NCBI GenBank assembly: GCA_015522685.1
Contig: WALU01000007.1
Span: 1-19,220 of the forward strand
Source: Thermoproteota archaeon
GTDB taxonomy: Archaea; Korarchaeota; Korarchaeia; Korarchaeales; Korarchaeaceae
Reading direction: 5' to 3'
DNA length: 19,220 nt
Under the pieces are notes generated by a model. That model was not told the DNA's origin. It saw only the letters and a program-made list of their open reading frames with translations, and did no database searches. Made by a program: the position numbers and the translations under genes. This document shows, one piece after another, positions 16,538-19,220 of this stretch. Numbering within the stretch: the first letter of the stretch is position 1; every line of letters starts with the position of its first letter.

Positions 16538-17466
16538 CTAAGGAGATTCATATGAAAATATCAAACGGAGATGTATCTCTCCTGATGTATCTACAATACA
16601 ACTTTCTCCTTACTCCTGATCCCTACTCTCAGGCCTCTGACCATCTGAAGGTACCTCTAGAAAAATTATTGAAGAGATTAAGGGAGCTTAAATCTATAAA
16701 GCTTCTAAAGAGGATTGGTTACTATGTAAATTATAGATCTGTAGGCAGATCCGCAGCGTTAGTAGCTTTTGCCTCCGAGGGAAAATGGAGAGATATAGAT
16801 CAGGAAATTAAGCTTGAAGTAACCCATAGCTACCTAAGAGATCATCCCAAGTATAACTTATGGGTTGTGATTAAGGGAAAGAATCAAGAAGAGATTAAGA
16901 GAGAGGTAGATCTGCTGGCCAAGAAGTTTGGAGTAAGTTACCTGATCCTCCCAAGTAAGAGAACTCTAAGATTATCTGTAAAGTACGACCTTATAAAGGG
17001 AGTATCTAGAGCGGGGAGTTACAATAAAGTTTCTCTTAGCCCTCCAAGTCCAGAGGAATTTGGGCTAACTTCTACATTGTTATGGGAATTGAGGTCCCTT
17101 CCCCTAGAAGAGAGACCTTATAAAAAGCTAGCCAATAAATGCGAATATAGCGAGGAAGGATTTTTAGATCTAGTGAAAGAGATGCTGGAATCTGGTGTCT
17201 TGAGGGATCCAGGAGCATCTCTTAGTGGAAGAATGGCAGGGTTCCTCGCAAATGGAATGGTTCTCCTAGGGAATTGCGGGCCCCTCCTTAAGCACCAGGA
17301 GTTTACTCATATTGTTGAGAGGGAGGTTTCAAAAGGATGGCCCTACTCCTGTTATGGGATGATACATTCCCGAAACAAAGAGATTATTCAGGGGATAGTG
17401 AAGGATATAAACAATTCATTAGTCCTCTATAGCTTGGTGGATCTAAGGCCTGAAGCCGTGAGGTAA
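16534..17466 (+). CDS. ahbAB: Siroheme decarboxylase, fused AhbA-AhbB (NirDL/GH-like, Lrp/AsnC fold)
   Basis: Two homologous halves: LQYNFLLTPDPY...VTHSYLRDHPKYNLW and LPLEERPY...FTHIVER...WPYSCYGMIH. The start may be ATG 16552 (AGGAG RBS). Confidence 0.85.
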   Translation: MTKEIHMKISNGDVSLLMYLQYNFLLTPDPYSQASDHLKVPLEKLLKRLRELKSIKLLKRIGYYVNYRSVGRSAALVAFASEGKWRDIDQEIKLEVTHSYLRDHPKYNLWVVIKGKNQEEIKREVDLLAKKFGVSYLILPSKRTLRLSVKYDLIKGVSRAGSYNKVSLSPPSPEEFGLTSTLLWELRSLPLEERPYKKLANKCEYSEEGFLDLVKEMLESGVLRDPGASLSGRMAGFLANGMVLLGNCGPLLKHQEFTHIVEREVSKGWPYSCYGMIHSRNKEIIQGIVKDINNSLVLYSLVDLRPEAVR

Positions 17467-17470
17467 TATT

Positions 17471-18622
17471 ATGATACCTGCTACCTTAATGATAACCGGT
17501 AGATCTACAGTCTCAGGTGAAATAAAGGGTAAGTATGATAAAGAAGCTCCCTCCAATTTCAGTAGGCCTTTAAGGCCCGTGATTTTCTGGAATATTACTA
17601 GAGGATGCAATCTCAAATGCCTCCACTGTTATATTTCGGCAGGACCTGATACAACTGGCGACCTTCCAACAGAGAAGGCGATAGAAATAGCTCATCAAAT
17701 CTCTGAGATGAAAATTCCTTTGGTAGTATTTAGTGGAGGTGAGCCTCTTTACAGAAAAGATTTCTTTGAAATAGCTTCTTCAATTGATTCTCCTACAAAG
17801 ATAGCACTAAGCTCCAATGGAACACTAATCTCGGAGAAGATAGCTGATAAATTAGCAGAGACCAACTTCTCGTACATAGGTATCTCGATAGATAGCGTCC
17901 ATCCGGAGGTTCATGATGTCTTTAGGGGAGTTAAAGGATCATTCGAGAAGGCAGTAAATGGGATAAGAAATTCCATCAATGTGGGACTTTCAGTAGGAAT
18001 TAGAACAACCCTAACTAAAGGAAACATAGAAGAAGTGGGTTTAATGCTAGAGTTTGCTCATCGAATGGGGGTTCATAGGATTAGTCTGTATCTTCTGGAT
18101 ATAGCAGGAAGAGCTACTCAAATTTCAGATCTACTTCCTACTAAAGAGCAGATAAGAAGGATGGTAGATTCTCTCATTGAATCGATACCTAACTATGATT
18201 TTGAGGTCCTCCTAGTGAGGATGAATTTCGCCGGCATCTACTTGGCTGATAAATTAGCTTTGAGTAGGGAAGATTTTCTAAAGTATCTGAGGCTGATAAG
18301 ATCACAAGGTGATTGTGGTAGAAAAACTATAAGCATTTTCCCTGATGGAGAAGTGAAGCCCTGCCAGTTCCTCTCGGGAGTTACTGTAGGTGACCTTAAA
18401 AGAGAAAGGCTCAGTAGCATAATTAGCTATGAAAATACTAAATTAAGACCATTTTTCCATGCCAGTGATATGCTTAGAGGACCGAAATGTTCAACATGCC
18501 CTTTTAAAGATATATGTGGTGGAGGAAGCAGGATGAGAGCTCTTAACTTCGGAGACTTCTGGGGAGACGATCCAACATGCTTTATAGATGCTGAGAGAAT
18601 AGCAGATAAATGGCAGTTTTAA
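17471..18622 (+). CDS. ahbC: Radical SAM/SPASM protein, AhbC-like (12,18-didecarboxysiroheme deacetylase)
   Basis: RPVIFWNITRGCNLKCLHCY, FSGGEPL, SSNGTLI, SYIGISIDS and SPASM cysteines (CGRK...PCQF...CSTC...CGGGSR...DPTC). The N-terminal extension looks more like AhbC than AhbD; adjacent to ahbAB. Confidence 0.78.
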   Translation: MIPATLMITGRSTVSGEIKGKYDKEAPSNFSRPLRPVIFWNITRGCNLKCLHCYISAGPDTTGDLPTEKAIEIAHQISEMKIPLVVFSGGEPLYRKDFFEIASSIDSPTKIALSSNGTLISEKIADKLAETNFSYIGISIDSVHPEVHDVFRGVKGSFEKAVNGIRNSINVGLSVGIRTTLTKGNIEEVGLMLEFAHRMGVHRISLYLLDIAGRATQISDLLPTKEQIRRMVDSLIESIPNYDFEVLLVRMNFAGIYLADKLALSREDFLKYLRLIRSQGDCGRKTISIFPDGEVKPCQFLSGVTVGDLKRERLSSIISYENTKLRPFFHASDMLRGPKCSTCPFKDICGGGSRMRALNFGDFWGDDPTCFIDAERIADKWQF

Positions 18623-18834
18623 TCCATTTATTATACTTTATTTATTATTGCGTGATGTAGCAATATAAATTCTACTGAGGGAATGGTCTATGGTAGTGTT
18701 TGTTATATGAATCTACACCAAAGACTCTACAGACAGCAACTTGATCAAAGAAGGAAATATACCGGGTAAAACCGCCAATTAAATATACTAGAAGGATAGC
18801 AAAGATAAGTAATTATCTTAAAATCGCTGGGAGT

Positions 18835-19103
18835 TTAAATCTTCTTTATTGCCTTAATGAGTTCCCTACTCCCAATCAATCTTCAATGTAATAAAATAAA
18901 ATTCTCAGCCCCCTTACTAATTTAGTAGATATCATGACTTTAGGTTTAAATGAAAGCTTAAACTCATCTCTGATCATAAAGCTAGAGAAGGGTATAGCAA
19001 AGAAGATGGAATAGATACAACCACCCAATATCATCTATCTCCAAGTCAGATACTTCTCCAACTGAGGTTTGTATACACTGATAAAATATCCAGGAGTGTC
19101 TAC
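18835..19103 (-). pseudogene. Degraded coding relic, copy B of a diverged repeat (unknown family)
   Basis: Minus strand VDTPGYFISVYKPQLEKYLTWR*MILGGCIYSIFFAIPFSSFMIRDEFKLSFKPKVMISTKLVRGLRILFYYIED*, then shifted GSRELIKAIKKI*. Homologous to 11054-11270. Confidence 0.6.
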
Positions 19104-19220
19104 TCATAAATATGAGAAAGTTAAGTGAAATAGTATCATATACTTTTGAGAAAATTTAAGATATGATATTGATTTTAGTTTATATTAGTTCAAATTCTAT
19201 CTAAATTCACCAATAATACA

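Noticed and set aside
18670-19103. MFS transporter pseudogene reading of the hydrophobic minus-strand fragments
   Set aside because: Hydrophobicity is expected in AT-rich DNA, and homology with copy A points to a protein ending in RELIKAIK. Family left unassigned.
1-19220. CRISPR arrays, tRNA/rRNA, C/D-box sRNAs, intact IS elements, inteins
   Set aside because: No regularly spaced repeats, cloverleaf or rRNA motifs, paired intergenic C/D boxes, intact transposase or intein motifs seen by eye.

Overview
Window from what is probably a thermophilic archaeon (inferred from GAGGTG/GGTGA ribosome-binding sites, TATA-like boxes about 25 nt upstream of starts, and archaeal-type protein families). 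Intact genes: a two-subunit (split) cobalamin-independent methionine synthase, an UppP/BacA phosphatase, pstC-pstA-pstB with no intact pstS, a membrane-anchored hypothetical protein, PEP synthase, a TrmB regulator, and a tetrapyrrole/alternative-heme operon (sirC-hemB-hemC-cobA/hemD fusion-small ORF-fused ahbAB-ahbC) lacking hemA, hemL and ahbD. The most striking signal is invisible in the ORF track: most long intergenic gaps contain gene relics. ppdK is collapsed to about 185 bp, with its first and last codons joined at a 9-nt microhomology. A PfpI/DJ-1 gene has lost its core in a similar way, and a possible collapsed pstS sits in front of pstC. An acylphosphatase-like gene is frameshifted. 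Two diverged copies of one unknown coding relic flank the trmB+heme block, one with an internal micro-inversion. The cobA/hemD fusion has no canonical in-frame start for its conserved N-terminus (ATT start or 1-nt indel). A 55-codon, hairpin-rich ORF sits at the branch point of the heme operon. All family calls come from motif recognition by eye; no searches were run.
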